Numbered from the stretch's first letter, positions 1-10,405 are shown. The stretch is 64,000 nt of DNA from Candidatus Levybacteria bacterium CG2_30_37_29 (GCA_001873215.1 MNYS01000003.1:49455-113454); one strand, 5' to 3'. Program-made: numbers and translations. Notes: a model not told the origin generated them from the sequence alone.

Positions 1-2
1 AG

Positions 3-362
3 AGGCTTCAGGGAAAGCTTGAGTCTGCGGGTGTTATTGATCAGATTGAGGTAATGTCTGATATATGGGTTGCTACCGTTCTATTGCGGTATAACAGTAT
101 AAGTAACACAATGCCATTTGAAGCCCCTCATCCGGAGGAATTTTCAGATCTTAGATGGATGGGCGCAAAAACATTATTGTCAATGCAAAACGTAAGAGAA
201 TTTACGTTTCCTGTATTAAATAATGTTATAGAGATTAACAGAAGAAGACCAAGTAAGGTAAATTTTAGACCTTTATATCTTGAGCCTTATGTCCCGAGTG
301 TATACGAAAAATTTAGAGAGTTAGAGCAGGATATTGAGCTGGACGGGTTGCAAATGCTATGA
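3..362 (+). CDS. Hypothetical protein, 5'-truncated by the window edge
   Basis: The frame of the 54..362 ORF stays open back to position 3; no recognisable motif. Confidence 0.5.
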   Translation, partial: RLQGKLESAGVIDQIEVMSDIWVATVLLRYNSISNTMPFEAPHPEEFSDLRWMGAKTLLSMQNVREFTFPVLNNVIEINRRRPSKVNFRPLYLEPYVPSVYEKFRELEQDIELDGLQML

Positions 363-471
363 GTTACTTAATAACAATGGATATTTCAGGTCGCATGGCA
401 TAGATTGCCAAAGATGAAGTGAATATGCGCCTTTTTGAGGATAGACCATTCTAATTTTTAAGAAAGCAAAG

Positions 472-1278
472 CTATTTTTTCTCAAAAGAGAGTGTGACGA
501 CTGATGTGATTTCCTGACTTCCTTGTTCAAGATCAGGAGTGCTGGATTTTGTATTGCTTGGCGCGTTTAGTTCGCGTACCATCGGTACAGGGTAGGGACT
601 GTTCGGGTTGCTTTCAGAAATATTTGTAACTTTTCCAAGTTTAATGCCAAGACTGTTGGCTAATTTTTGAGCTTGCTCGCGTGCATTTGCAATTGCCAAA
701 TCCCTTGCTTTTTCACGGTAATTTTCAGGCTTGTCAATTGTATATTGGGTGCCATAAATTTGGTTTGCGCCATTTAAGGTTGATTGTTCAATAACTTGGG
801 GTAAAAGATTTATTTTCCTTACCTTAATTGATAATGTTGCATTACCGCTGTATCCGTTTATTCTGTTTGTGTTATTTTCATAACTATAATTAGGATTTAT
901 GGAATAATTTGATGTTTTGATATCAATTTTTGGAATTCCCAGTCCTTTCATGGCATCAATAATTTTATTATTGGTTTGGTTAATTTGCTTTTGTGTTTCT
1001 TCGACTGTCTTTTTATCCGAAACAATAATTCCTACCTGTACAGTAGCTGTATCGGGTACAACCGTAACTTTTCCTTCTCCAACTACAGAAAGATCGGCCG
1101 GTGCCTGTTTGGTTACAATTGAAACTGGATAAGAAATATTAAATACTTTAATAGTATATAAAAACACAAGTCCAATAATGCAGAGACTTATAGATGAAGC
1201 AATAGGATTTTGTTGAATCGACATACTGTTATTGTGCTTCAAATTTTGAAATAAGTCAAGAAATATGTTAGAATTCAA
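472..1278 (-). CDS. SIMPL/DUF541 family protein (start may be the internal Met at ~1224)
   Basis: N-terminal TM, VVGEGKVTVVPDTATVQVG, ARDLAIANAREQAQKLA..LGIKLG motifs. Confidence 0.85.
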   Translation of the reverse strand: MNSNIFLDLFQNLKHNNSMSIQQNPIASSISLCIIGLVFLYTIKVFNISYPVSIVTKQAPADLSVVGEGKVTVVPDTATVQVGIIVSDKKTVEETQKQINQTNNKIIDAMKGLGIPKIDIKTSNYSINPNYSYENNTNRINGYSGNATLSIKVRKINLLPQVIEQSTLNGANQIYGTQYTIDKPENYREKARDLAIANAREQAQKLANSLGIKLGKVTNISESNPNSPYPVPMVRELNAPSNTKSSTPDLEQGSQEITSVVTLSFEKK

Positions 1279-1287
1279 CCTATAGTT

Positions 1288-1890
1288 ATGTCAATTGAAA
1301 AAGGCTCAAATCTTACAAGTAAGGAAATAAACGGGATTGCGGACGATTTTGTTGTTTACCCTTCAGGATATTATCGTAGAATTCTTCCGGGACAGAATCC
1401 GAGAAGTCTTAAAGGTATAGGCACAATAAATCCTCAAGAACTTGATGATGGTGATTTTGTTATTCCAAAACACTCAGAAACTCCACTAATGTCCAGAGTT
1501 CGTGAGGCAAATAACGGAAAAACAATAGGAGATATTTTACGAAGAATTTTTACCAATCCTGCCGAAGGACATACTTTTAGGGAAGCAGAAAAAGAACTTG
1601 GTACGTCTGTTTCTACGCTTCATTCATGGGTAAAAAAGCTTGGAATTGAAAATAAAAGATCACGTCATTCTTTAAAAAAGGATACCCGTTTGTTACGTGA
1701 AGTAAAAAGAAATATGAAAGATGGCGAAACTTATGCAGAGACACTGGAAAGACTTTATAAAAGTGCTTCACTGCGTGAGCTTGCAAAATTATTGCATGTT
1801 ACTGCTCCTGCAGTAGAAGACGCTATGATAAAGCTAGGTATTCCTCGAAGAGAACCTCATAGAACTACTATTTCTAGTAAGAGTAAATAA
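1288..1890 (+). CDS. Protein with two tandem helix-turn-helix repeats
   Basis: TFREAEKELGTSVSTLHSWVKKLGI and SLRELAKLLHVTAPAVEDAMIKLGI. Confidence 0.65.
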   Translation: MSIEKGSNLTSKEINGIADDFVVYPSGYYRRILPGQNPRSLKGIGTINPQELDDGDFVIPKHSETPLMSRVREANNGKTIGDILRRIFTNPAEGHTFREAEKELGTSVSTLHSWVKKLGIENKRSRHSLKKDTRLLREVKRNMKDGETYAETLERLYKSASLRELAKLLHVTAPAVEDAMIKLGIPRREPHRTTISSKSK

Positions 1891-1915
1891 TTTAAAACCC
1901 GTTTATGTCTTAGTT

Positions 1916-3109
1916 CTACTCATACCTCAGCGCTTCTATTGGGTTTAGTTTTGAAGCTCTTAGCGCCGGCGCCATACCAAAGACTACCCCGATTAAAAGC
2001 GAAAATGAAAATGCAAGAAAAGCAGACCAGGGCGTAACTGATGAAACAAAAAATTTTGACACAAGCATAGACCCTCCGATTCCAAGAGCAATACCTATAA
2101 GTCCTCCCGAGAGTGAAAGAATTATAGCTTCGAGTAAAAACTGTTTTAGAATATCAATTCGACGAGCGCCTAAAGCTTTTCTAAGACCTATTTCGCGCGT
2201 TCTTTCGGTTACCGACACAAGCATAATGTTTGCAACGCCGATTCCTCCGACAAGAAGTGAAATTGCTGCAATTCCACCAAGCGCAAGAGAGAGAATATTT
2301 GTAATGTTATTAACAGTTTCAAGGCTTGATTCTGCTGTTTGCAAGGTAAAATCGTCTTCTGTCAGGCGTCTTAGAAGAACTTTTTTTGCCTGATCTTTAA
2401 CAAAAGGAACAAGACGGGCTTCGTTTGCCGAAATATAAATTGCGTTTACCTGATTTATTCCAAATTGCCTTCTTGCTGCAGCAATCGGAATAACCGCCGT
2501 ATTGTCCTGGTCAAATCCAAACACCGAGCCCCTTTTTTTCATTACTCCGATTACGGTATAGATATTGTTTCCTATAAAGAAATGTTTTCCAATGGGGTTT
2601 TGGTCACTAAAAAGATTGTTGACAACTGTTGCTCCGACAATAGCAACTTTTGCTCCGGATTGTTCTTGGCTTGATGAGAAAAAAATTCCTTTTTCAATTA
2701 CTGCGTTTTGCACAGTTTTTGTGTAATTTGATGTTGTTCCAAGAACAGACATTCCTTTATCCGTCTTATTTTTATATTTTGAAGTTGAGCTTTGTGAAAT
2801 TACAGGCGCGACACTTGCAGCACTTTTAAGCTTTATTTGAAGACTTGTTGCATCGGAGAATAATAATTTATTGACAACAACACCACCCGGTGTTCTTGCT
2901 CCCCCAACTCTTCCGGGAATAACAAAAATAAGGTTAGATCCAAAAGACGCGATTTGATCGGTGATGTACCGTTGGAGTCCCGACCCAAGGGACACAAGCA
3001 TAATAATTGCAAATACACCGATAATAATTCCAAGAGTTGTCAAAAAACTTCTTAGCTTATTTGAGATAAGAGCTTTAAAAGCAAGTTTTATTAATTCGCG
3101 CGATTCCAT
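1916..3109 (-). CDS. MacB/FtsX-like ABC transporter permease
   Basis: RSFLTTLGIIIGV, GGIGVANIMLVSVTERTREIGLRKALGA, LNPIEALRYE. Confidence 0.95.
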   Translation of the reverse strand: MESRELIKLAFKALISNKLRSFLTTLGIIIGVFAIIMLVSLGSGLQRYITDQIASFGSNLIFVIPGRVGGARTPGGVVVNKLLFSDATSLQIKLKSAASVAPVISQSSTSKYKNKTDKGMSVLGTTSNYTKTVQNAVIEKGIFFSSSQEQSGAKVAIVGATVVNNLFSDQNPIGKHFFIGNNIYTVIGVMKKRGSVFGFDQDNTAVIPIAAARRQFGINQVNAIYISANEARLVPFVKDQAKKVLLRRLTEDDFTLQTAESSLETVNNITNILSLALGGIAAISLLVGGIGVANIMLVSVTERTREIGLRKALGARRIDILKQFLLEAIILSLSGGLIGIALGIGGSMLVSKFFVSSVTPWSAFLAFSFSLLIGVVFGMAPALRASKLNPIEALRYE

Positions 3110-3787
3110 TTATTTTACAATCCTTCCGTCAACAAGCCGTATTATTTTTTTTGCTTGTTGTGCAATATCTGCTTCATGAGTAATCAATACTATTGTTTTC
3201 CCTTTTTTGTTTAGATTTTTTAATACTTCCATTACATCGTGTCCTGATTTTACGTCTAAATTTCCCGTCGGTTCATCAGCAAGAATTAGTGCTGGATCAT
3301 TCATAAGAGCACGAGCAATTGCTACGCGTTGCTGCTGTCCTCCGGAAAGCTTGTTGGGTCTGCTGTGCATTTTTTCCTCCATTCCAATGCTTGTAAGAAT
3401 TTCTTTTGCGCGGATATCTCTTTCTTTTTGGGGAATGCCGGCGTATATTGCAGGCAATACGACATTTTCAATAGTTGTAGAGCGGGGTAAAAGATTGAAA
3501 GATTGGAAAACAAATCCGATTGTTTTATTTCTAAGACGGGATAAATCATCCTCGCTAAATTTTGTTATCGGGCTTCCATTGAGAATATATGTTCCGGAAG
3601 TTGGAGTATCCAAAAGCCCCAAAATATTCATAAGAGTTGATTTTCCGGATCCTGACCTTCCTGTAATTGCGATAAAATCGCCCTCGTTAATTGTTAGAGA
3701 AATTCCTGTTAAAACACTGGTTATAACATCTCCAGTTATGTAATCTTTTGTGATATTTTCAAGCTTTATTATCGTGCTTTTACCCAT
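3110..3787 (-). CDS. MacB/LolD-like ABC ATP-binding protein
   Basis: Walker [36 protein letters not shown]. Confidence 0.95.
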   Translation of the reverse strand: MGKSTIIKLENITKDYITGDVITSVLTGISLTINEGDFIAITGRSGSGKSTLMNILGLLDTPTSGTYILNGSPITKFSEDDLSRLRNKTIGFVFQSFNLLPRSTTIENVVLPAIYAGIPQKERDIRAKEILTSIGMEEKMHSRPNKLSGGQQQRVAIARALMNDPALILADEPTGNLDVKSGHDVMEVLKNLNKKGKTIVLITHEADIAQQAKKIIRLVDGRIVK

Positions 3788-3804
3788 TTGATTATTTGCA
3801 AGGA

Positions 3805-4863
3805 TTATTTTTTAGCAGTAACAAGGGTAGGATTCGTAACTATTGTATCCCCTTGGCTTAATCCATCCAGTACTTCAGCGGAAGTATCGTTTTGAAGACC
3901 AAGTTTTAATGTTTTTTTCTCGTATTTATTTCCAACTTTTACATAAATTTTATCTGTTTCAATAAGGCTTGCAAGAGAAACGGAAATTACACCCGTTTTT
4001 TTCTCGGTTATAATTTGTGCATTTCCATTCATTCCGACTCTATATTGAGAAGAGTCGCTTGGCGAGATTTTTGCCTTCACGTCATATGCGCTTCCTCCAC
4101 TTGACGTTGTATGAGTCACAAAATCTATGCTGTCAACAACAAGATGTATGGTTTTGTCAGGATAACTACCCAAAACAATATCTACTTGTTGTCCTTCTTT
4201 TACTTTGCTGATGTCCGCTTCGTCAACTTCCATTTTGAAAGTAAGAGAAGTCGGATCAACTACCGTAAAAGTAGTTGTGGCGGTTATATTAACTCCTGCA
4301 GTTTTTACGTCTGCGCGAGTTACAATTCCGGCAATAGGAGATGATAAAACAGAATTTTGCCGTACAATATCTTGAAGCTCAACAGAATTAATTGCGGTAT
4401 CAAGATCGTATTGATTATTCTGTAAAAGCCGTTTCATTCGGTCGTTCAAAGCATCTTGTGGTTTGTTCGCCTGTTGATCTAGCGTGTATTGGTCAAAAGT
4501 GTTTCTTTGTTTGCTGTATGTAATAAGGGAAGCTTTTAAATTTTTTTCAACCGTTCTTTGATCAAGTGTGGCAATTGTCTGATATTGAGTAACCGTATCT
4601 CCTTTGTTGACGTTAAGATATGTAAGAAGTCCACCGGCAAGAAAATTCAAATCAACACTTTTTTCAGCAGCTATTGTTCCCGTAATGGAAATGGTTTGTA
4701 TAAAATCTTGTTTTTTTACAACTTCTGTCGGAATTGGTTTTGCGGGTTTTGGCCAAAAGAAAAAAAGAGCAATCGATACAATTAAAACCAGTGGAATAAT
4801 AATCCATTTGTGTTTTAAGACAAACGCCGGAGCTTCATTTTTAATATTATTTATTTTTCCCAT
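3805..4863 (-). CDS. MacA-like periplasmic adaptor (membrane fusion) protein
   Basis: N-terminal TM, lipoyl-like halves VNKGDTV / SPIAGIV, VDEADISKVKEGQ; operon with ABC genes. Confidence 0.9.
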   Translation of the reverse strand: MGKINNIKNEAPAFVLKHKWIIIPLVLIVSIALFFFWPKPAKPIPTEVVKKQDFIQTISITGTIAAEKSVDLNFLAGGLLTYLNVNKGDTVTQYQTIATLDQRTVEKNLKASLITYSKQRNTFDQYTLDQQANKPQDALNDRMKRLLQNNQYDLDTAINSVELQDIVRQNSVLSSPIAGIVTRADVKTAGVNITATTTFTVVDPTSLTFKMEVDEADISKVKEGQQVDIVLGSYPDKTIHLVVDSIDFVTHTTSSGGSAYDVKAKISPSDSSQYRVGMNGNAQIITEKKTGVISVSLASLIETDKIYVKVGNKYEKKTLKLGLQNDTSAEVLDGLSQGDTIVTNPTLVTAKK

Positions 4864-5041
4864 AATTAAAAAAGCCGATAAAGGCTTGCTTCTTATGATA
4901 TAAGATAAAGCGCGTTAATTCAAGGATAATTTTTTTATCAAGCTGTTATTATAGGTTAATTTACATATTGTATTTACGTAAATTCAGTGGTATTATCGCG
5001 CTAAGCCCCCATTTTTGTGGGAATTGTTTTTATTTATATGT

Positions 5042-8000
5042 ATGTATAAATTTAGACGGAAGGTTAGAAAATTTATAACTTTCGTAGCATTTCTTGCAAT
5101 ACTGGGTCAATCCTTCAGCCCCTACCTATATATATTGCCCAAATCGGCTTATGCTCAAGAAGCAACGGATTCAGCAAGCTTACCGCAGGAAGTGACCCCG
5201 ACCCCGATTGAATCGGAGCAAGCAGATACAGCGACACCAACTCCTCTGCCAGCTGGCGTATCAACAGAAACCGTAACTCCAGCTCCAGTTGTAATTACAA
5301 TAGTTTCTCCGGAACCAACACCACCTCAAGCTCCTTCGAAATGGACTTTTGAAAAAGTAGAACTCAATAAAGAATATATTGCTCCTCAAAATAGCGGGGT
5401 AAAATTAACATTTACAAAACTCCCAACTCCTGCAGGCAATATAAAAATTGAAGAAATAAAACTTACTAAAGATCAAATTCAACAAACAGGATCCTTGTCA
5501 GATAAAGCATACGATATAACGTCAGATATGGTAGATGGTTCTTTTACTTATAATCTTTCTCTTCCCATTCCTGATTCATCAAAAGGAAAAGCAATTGAGG
5601 TAAAATTTGCGGAAGAACTTTCAAAAATAGGAACAGCGGAAAAAGTTGACAACGCCCTAACGAAAACAGACACATCAGTCTCCGTAACAAGCCTCGACCA
5701 CTTTACGATTTTTGTAGTTATCGGCACTATCACCAACCCCGGAGAGGATACTTATGTTGGAGAGCCTTTTGATGAAACTTTGTCACAAGTAATTATCAAT
5801 GAATTTGTTTATAACCCATCAACCGGCAATGAATGGATTGAATTATTTAATAAAACCGGTGAAGATATTAATCTGGAAAATTGGCAATTAGTTGATGATA
5901 ACGATCTTTCAAGTGATTTGTCCCTGACTGGCACACTACCAGCTAATGGTATTTTAGTTTTCGAAAAATCCGGAGGTGACGGTTGGCTAAATAATACCGG
6001 TTTAGAATCCATTACTTTAAAAGACAACAATGCACAAACCAAAGACGTTGTTTCTTACAAAGACAACTTTTTCGTTAATGGTCAAAATATTGGTAATGTC
6101 GCAGAAGATCAAAGTGTTTGCCGAACTGAAGATGCGGGTGATACATGGGAGGTCTGTTCGAGTCCTACTAAAGGATGGTTTAATAATGCCGAGACTTTTG
6201 ACTGTGTAAATCCGCCTTCGGGAGCACCTACTTTAGCTTCCATTGCCAACTGTCTGGAAAATCAGGGGTTAAGCACGAATATTGGAATGATTGATAACCC
6301 TTCGGCCACACCGGAAACCGATGGCGCTTTATATTTTGAAAAGGACGAGGGGAAAATTGTTTTTGAAAAAATTTTGAATTTAAGCGACCAAGATACGGTA
6401 AATATCTTACAGAGTCTAGGCACAGCGATGGAGATGTCCTATGGGCATATTAAGTTTGATTCCACGACTGCCGCTGCCATGGCTGCCACGGGTGCCAAGA
6501 TTTATATGTACGAGCTTAACTATGAGACAACACCAGAAATTGTTATTAAAGATGATACAGGCGCTATAGTAGGAACTACTAATGATTCCTCGGCCGACGA
6601 CGATATAGATACAGATGGTATTAATTATGATCTGGACACAGGGGGGTTGTCTTTTACCGCTTTACATTTTACCCAGTTTGATGTGCCGGCGGCTCCAAGT
6701 GCTCCTGTTCGACATGAAGTGTCAAGTCCGACCAATGATACCACACCGACGTTATCGTGGGACGATGTCTCGGCAACGCCGGAAGTAACGTCTTATGATC
6801 TTGAAGTATATGATTCTGAAGGAAATAATATTTATGATGGTTTTATTACGACAATTTCCTCAAGTTTTACACCAGAAGATCCATTACCCGATGATGATTA
6901 TACTTGGTACGTAATGGCAAACAATTCCATTGGTACTTCAGACTGGTCGGACGAGGGAAGTTTTACAATAGAGACTATTGCACCAACCGTTCAGTCTATA
7001 CAAACTATGGACAGTGACGGAGACGGCCATCTCGATGGGATTCAACTTACCTTCGATGAAGAGATTAATGACGATATGCTGGATATGGGTAATCCGGACG
7101 GATGGGATGTTGCCGATCCTGCCGGTGAGGAAAGTATTGGCACCGGCGAGATAGAAAACGACAATGTTTTAGTTTTAAGTTTTGGTGAAGGACCGACACC
7201 GGATACGGCCAATGTACCTAGCGTAACTTACACTCCAAGCGGCGGTCCGACCAGTACCCACGATTTGGCCGGTAATGAACTGGGGTCATATAGCGGAGTT
7301 CCGGAGGATAAAGCCTTACCGGTTTTAATAACGGCCGTAACTAAAGACACCGATACCAGTGGTCAAATCGACGCCATTGAGTTGACTTTTTCTGAAGAGA
7401 TAGATGATGATTGGCTTATTCTTGACTCCGCGGACGGTTGGGACGTAAGTGGATACGACGGTGTATCGATTGGAACAGGAACCATAGGATCTGACAACAT
7501 TCTCCTTCTGACTTTCGACGAAAGCGGAAGCCTAGATACGGGCGTAACTCCACTCGTCTCTTATACAGAAGGCGGGGGAGATGGGAGTACTCACGATTCG
7601 GCTGGAAACGAACTTGCCGCTGTAGTTGACTTTACCTCAATTGACGGGGCGGCACCGCGTGTGCCCGAGGCTGATCCGGGTGGCAGTGACTATTCTGGTG
7701 ATCAGTCGGTATCGCTTTCCAGCAGCGACGAAAATGGCCCGGCACCAGACATTTATTATACTATCGACGGAAGCGAGCCCAACAACGAAGACGGCACTCT
7801 TTATACGGATCCGATTCTGATTGATAAAGACACCACTCTTAAAGCTATCGCCTATGATAGCGCTGGCAACGCTAGTGGTGTATTAACGGAAGAGTATGGT
7901 ATTGCTCCGGTTATTTCCGGAGAAACAACCAGTTCCGTCACGACAACAGGAATAACCATTACTTGGACGACTGATGACCCCTCTACTTCAAGAGTGATTT

Positions 8001-8599
8001 ATGGCACTGCACCGATTTCTGATGCTACTGTTGCCACTTTTCCAGATGGATCAAATTATGGCTATGTTAATTCTACCGTTGAAGACTCAACTTTGGTTAC
8101 CGCTCACTCGGTTGGTTTGACGGGTTTGACCGCTGGAAGCACTTATTATTACCGAACTATATCCCACGGTTCGCCTGAAGCGGTTTCTTCAGAGAAAACA
8201 TTTTCTACGACATCAGCATCTACTACTAGTAGTGGTGGAGGAAGTTTAGGCTCCGGTGGAGGAGCAGGTGATGGTAGATCTGACGGTAAATCGGACGGAA
8301 GATCTGATGGACGTTCCGACGGCCTAGGTCAATCCTCTGCAGTTTTGGCTTCATCAACGTCAACTGGTGGAGGAACAACAGGAGAAGTGTTAGGAGCAGG
8401 TACAGAAGAACCAACATCAGGGACAACAATTTATCCAACTCCGACTCCGGAAAAAGAAATATTGGGTGCCGTTCAGTCCAAAGGTAAAGAAACCAAGACC
8501 GGTAATTTTATTTCTGAAAAATGGTGGTTAATTCCTATTTTTCTGGTATCAATAATAATTAGCATAGTTTTATTTAAAAGGCGCAAGAAGAGCGAATAA
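5042..8599 (+). CDS. Large acidic surface protein: lamin-tail domain, FnIII domains, two ~110-aa DxDxxG repeats, chitobiase/Fn3-associated domain, C-terminal TM anchor
   Basis: Signal peptide, VIINEFVYNP..EWIELFN, IYYTIDGSEPN, ITWTTDDPSTS..YYYR, terminal TM + KRRKK. Confidence 0.85.
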   Translation: MYKFRRKVRKFITFVAFLAILGQSFSPYLYILPKSAYAQEATDSASLPQEVTPTPIESEQADTATPTPLPAGVSTETVTPAPVVITIVSPEPTPPQAPSKWTFEKVELNKEYIAPQNSGVKLTFTKLPTPAGNIKIEEIKLTKDQIQQTGSLSDKAYDITSDMVDGSFTYNLSLPIPDSSKGKAIEVKFAEELSKIGTAEKVDNALTKTDTSVSVTSLDHFTIFVVIGTITNPGEDTYVGEPFDETLSQVIINEFVYNPSTGNEWIELFNKTGEDINLENWQLVDDNDLSSDLSLTGTLPANGILVFEKSGGDGWLNNTGLESITLKDNNAQTKDVVSYKDNFFVNGQNIGNVAEDQSVCRTEDAGDTWEVCSSPTKGWFNNAETFDCVNPPSGAPTLASIANCLENQGLSTNIGMIDNPSATPETDGALYFEKDEGKIVFEKILNLSDQDTVNILQSLGTAMEMSYGHIKFDSTTAAAMAATGAKIYMYELNYETTPEIVIKDDTGAIVGTTNDSSADDDIDTDGINYDLDTGGLSFTALHFTQFDVPAAPSAPVRHEVSSPTNDTTPTLSWDDVSATPEVTSYDLEVYDSEGNNIYDGFITTISSSFTPEDPLPDDDYTWYVMANNSIGTSDWSDEGSFTIETIAPTVQSIQTMDSDGDGHLDGIQLTFDEEINDDMLDMGNPDGWDVADPAGEESIGTGEIENDNVLVLSFGEGPTPDTANVPSVTYTPSGGPTSTHDLAGNELGSYSGVPEDKALPVLITAVTKDTDTSGQIDAIELTFSEEIDDDWLILDSADGWDVSGYDGVSIGTGTIGSDNILLLTFDESGSLDTGVTPLVSYTEGGGDGSTHDSAGNELAAVVDFTSIDGAAPRVPEADPGGSDYSGDQSVSLSSSDENGPAPDIYYTIDGSEPNNEDGTLYTDPILIDKDTTLKAIAYDSAGNASGVLTEEYGIAPVISGETTSSVTTTGITITWTTDDPSTSRVIYGTAPISDATVATFPDGSNYGYVNSTVEDSTLVTAHSVGLTGLTAGSTYYYRTISHGSPEAVSSEKTFSTTSASTTSSGGGSLGSGGGAGDGRSDGKSDGRSDGRSDGLGQSSAVLASSTSTGGGTTGEVLGAGTEEPTSGTTIYPTPTPEKEILGAVQSKGKETKTGNFISEKWWLIPIFLVSIIISIVLFKRRKKSE

Positions 8600-8785
8600 T
8601 TCCGCATAAATAGTTAGATCCATTAAGCCATCTTTACAATATTTCATATTAGTGCTACATTAGAGAAATGCTAATGGTGGGATTAGTTAAGCTTCTTTCA
8701 TTCTTTCTTTTAATCTTTATTTCCTCAACAAGTCATAAATTAAATTTTTCATTTTCTAATTTCTTTATGAAAGGAGGTGAAAAAT

Positions 8786-9349
8786 ATGAATATTAAAAAA
8801 ATTTTAGTAGGGAGTGCGGCAAGCGCAATAATGCTTGGAGCTATGGTAATTCCAGCATTTGCCGTCGGTAACGGTGCACAAGTTTATCGTTTTGCTAACG
8901 AACCATTTGTTTGGGACGAGACACACGTTCTTGGTAGTTGGTTTCCAGGTGCATCGGAAAAATTCGGAGAAAGTGTTAATGTTCACTACGAAGCACTGAA
9001 CGCAGAAACTGTTAGATTTATGAAAAACGGCGACGTAGAATGGACTTTAACGCAACACGGCACAGCGACCATAACTGCTGTTGATAATGGAGCTTTGTTA
9101 TACGAAGGGCCATTTCAGGTTGAAGAAATTGTTCGCGATAACGGCGGGGACGCAAACTGCTCAACCAGTGACGGACATGCTTGGCTTGGTAAATGTTCGC
9201 AGTGGTGGAATTATGTGGATTTTGCTCAATACAACTGGAAGATAACCGGTAATTCTGTGGATACCTTTAATATAACGGTTAAAGGAGCAGGAAACTGGTG
9301 CTATGGCGGTATCCATGAAAATGGTGCATATGGTCCAGGTTGTAAATAA
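8786..9349 (+). CDS. Secreted hypothetical protein
   Basis: AAGGAGGT SD before ATG 8786; signal peptide ending AFA; four Cys. Confidence 0.75.
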   Translation: MNIKKILVGSAASAIMLGAMVIPAFAVGNGAQVYRFANEPFVWDETHVLGSWFPGASEKFGESVNVHYEALNAETVRFMKNGDVEWTLTQHGTATITAVDNGALLYEGPFQVEEIVRDNGGDANCSTSDGHAWLGKCSQWWNYVDFAQYNWKITGNSVDTFNITVKGAGNWCYGGIHENGAYGPGCK

Positions 9350-9448
9350 ATCTTTTTTAAATAGTTTAAATTAAGGTAATTTATTTAAACTAATTTTAGA
9401 GCATTTAAGATACTTGGAGTAAAATAAGTAGAGTAATCTATTTATTTT

Positions 9449-9486
9449 AAACAGCTCACCGAGAAATCGGTGGGTTGTTTTTTTTT
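9449..9486 (+). terminator. Intrinsic terminator
   Basis: aacagctcaccga-gaaa-tcggtgggttgtt followed by a T run. Confidence 0.85.
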
Positions 9487-9601
9487 GCAAAATCTTTTCA
9501 TTTCAGAGCCACTAATAGCACTAAGGATTAATAAGGAATAGGGTGGTCAATTTATCTTTCTGTCTCTGTCTTTAAATCTTTAGACAATTTTATCTACACA
9601 A

Positions 9602-9626
9602 TCCCGTTGTCCAGTAAACGGGACAA
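9602..9626. repeat. 25-bp direct repeat, copy 1 (downstream of TrpR-like gene)
   Basis: tcccgttgtccagtaaacgggacaa, identical to 10081-10105. Confidence 0.95.
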
Positions 9627-9635
9627 ACAAATAAA

Positions 9636-10046
9636 TTATCGTGCAACGTTTTTTCTTTTAAACCCCGTATATTCCTTTGTCTTGAATATTTTTGTGGAAC
9701 CGCCGACTAAGCGATGACTTTTAGTTTTATACACTTTCCCAACTTTTTTGTTTCTCGCCGAAATTAAGTGAAAGCATTTTTCATAATCTTCCAAGTTTTT
9801 TGCGACCTGCGCAATCGTAGTTCTTCCTACTTTCAAAAACGATTGAATTTCTTCCGTTCGGAGATCTTGCAGTAGATATTCGGCGATTTGTATTCGTCTA
9901 CCTATTTTCATTCGCTCATCAAAGGTTAGTATGCCATTCATTATTTGTTCAACATCATTGCCGTCATTTGCAGCGAGAAAAGCATCCCTGACTTTATTTA
10001 GTGCTTCATAAACGTCTTCTTTTTGTAGGAATTTATAACGTCTCAT
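9636..10046 (-). CDS. TrpR-like (YerC/YecD) HTH protein, paralog 1
   Basis: LTFDERMKIGRRIQIAEYL..EEIQSFLKVGRTTIAQV; clear paralog of 28251..28667. Confidence 0.8.
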   Translation of the reverse strand: MRRYKFLQKEDVYEALNKVRDAFLAANDGNDVEQIMNGILTFDERMKIGRRIQIAEYLLQDLRTEEIQSFLKVGRTTIAQVAKNLEDYEKCFHLISARNKKVGKVYKTKSHRLVGGSTKIFKTKEYTGFKRKNVAR

Positions 10047-10080
10047 TTGTTTTAATGTAATTAATAACATTATATATCAT

Positions 10081-10105
10081 TCCCGTTGTCCAGTAAACGG
10101 GACAA
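10081..10105. promoter_or_regulatory. 25-bp direct repeat, copy 2; palindromic operator candidate over the -35 of the TrpR-like gene
   Basis: ttgtcc-N8-ggacaa; minus strand reads TTTACT-17bp-TATAAT. Confidence 0.75.
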
Positions 10106-10288
10106 CATCGATTATTAGAGTATTATAAAAAATCCCGAGGGTTGTTTTTTTGGGGAAAAAGTAATATAATAATATTATAGGCTTTTTTGTATTGCGCTTT
10201 GCATGCAATATTAAAAGAAGCTTTTTTTTTTGCATATTCTATTGAGTAGCAAAATATTGTTCTTTGACAAATTGCGGAAATATTTTGT

Positions 10289-10405
10289 TTTTCCTAATTA
10301 CGGGGAACACAGTAAGATTAGTTCATTTAGAACTGGTTTTGCTGTGTTTCCTTTGGGGAGGGAAGACAGTCTCTTGTGGTTAATCGGATAAATCCAAAAC
10401 CACAA
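10289..10405 (+). other. Structured leader (long G-U-rich hairpin plus second hairpin) upstream of the GC-rich gene
   Basis: ggaacacagtaagattagttc pairs with gaactggttttgctgtgtttcc; ttgtggtt...aaccacaa. Confidence 0.6.

Noticed and set aside
3207-3743. Long antisense ORFs (also 57327..57911, 24271..24744, 31981..32484)
   Set aside because: Mirror frames of well-supported genes.
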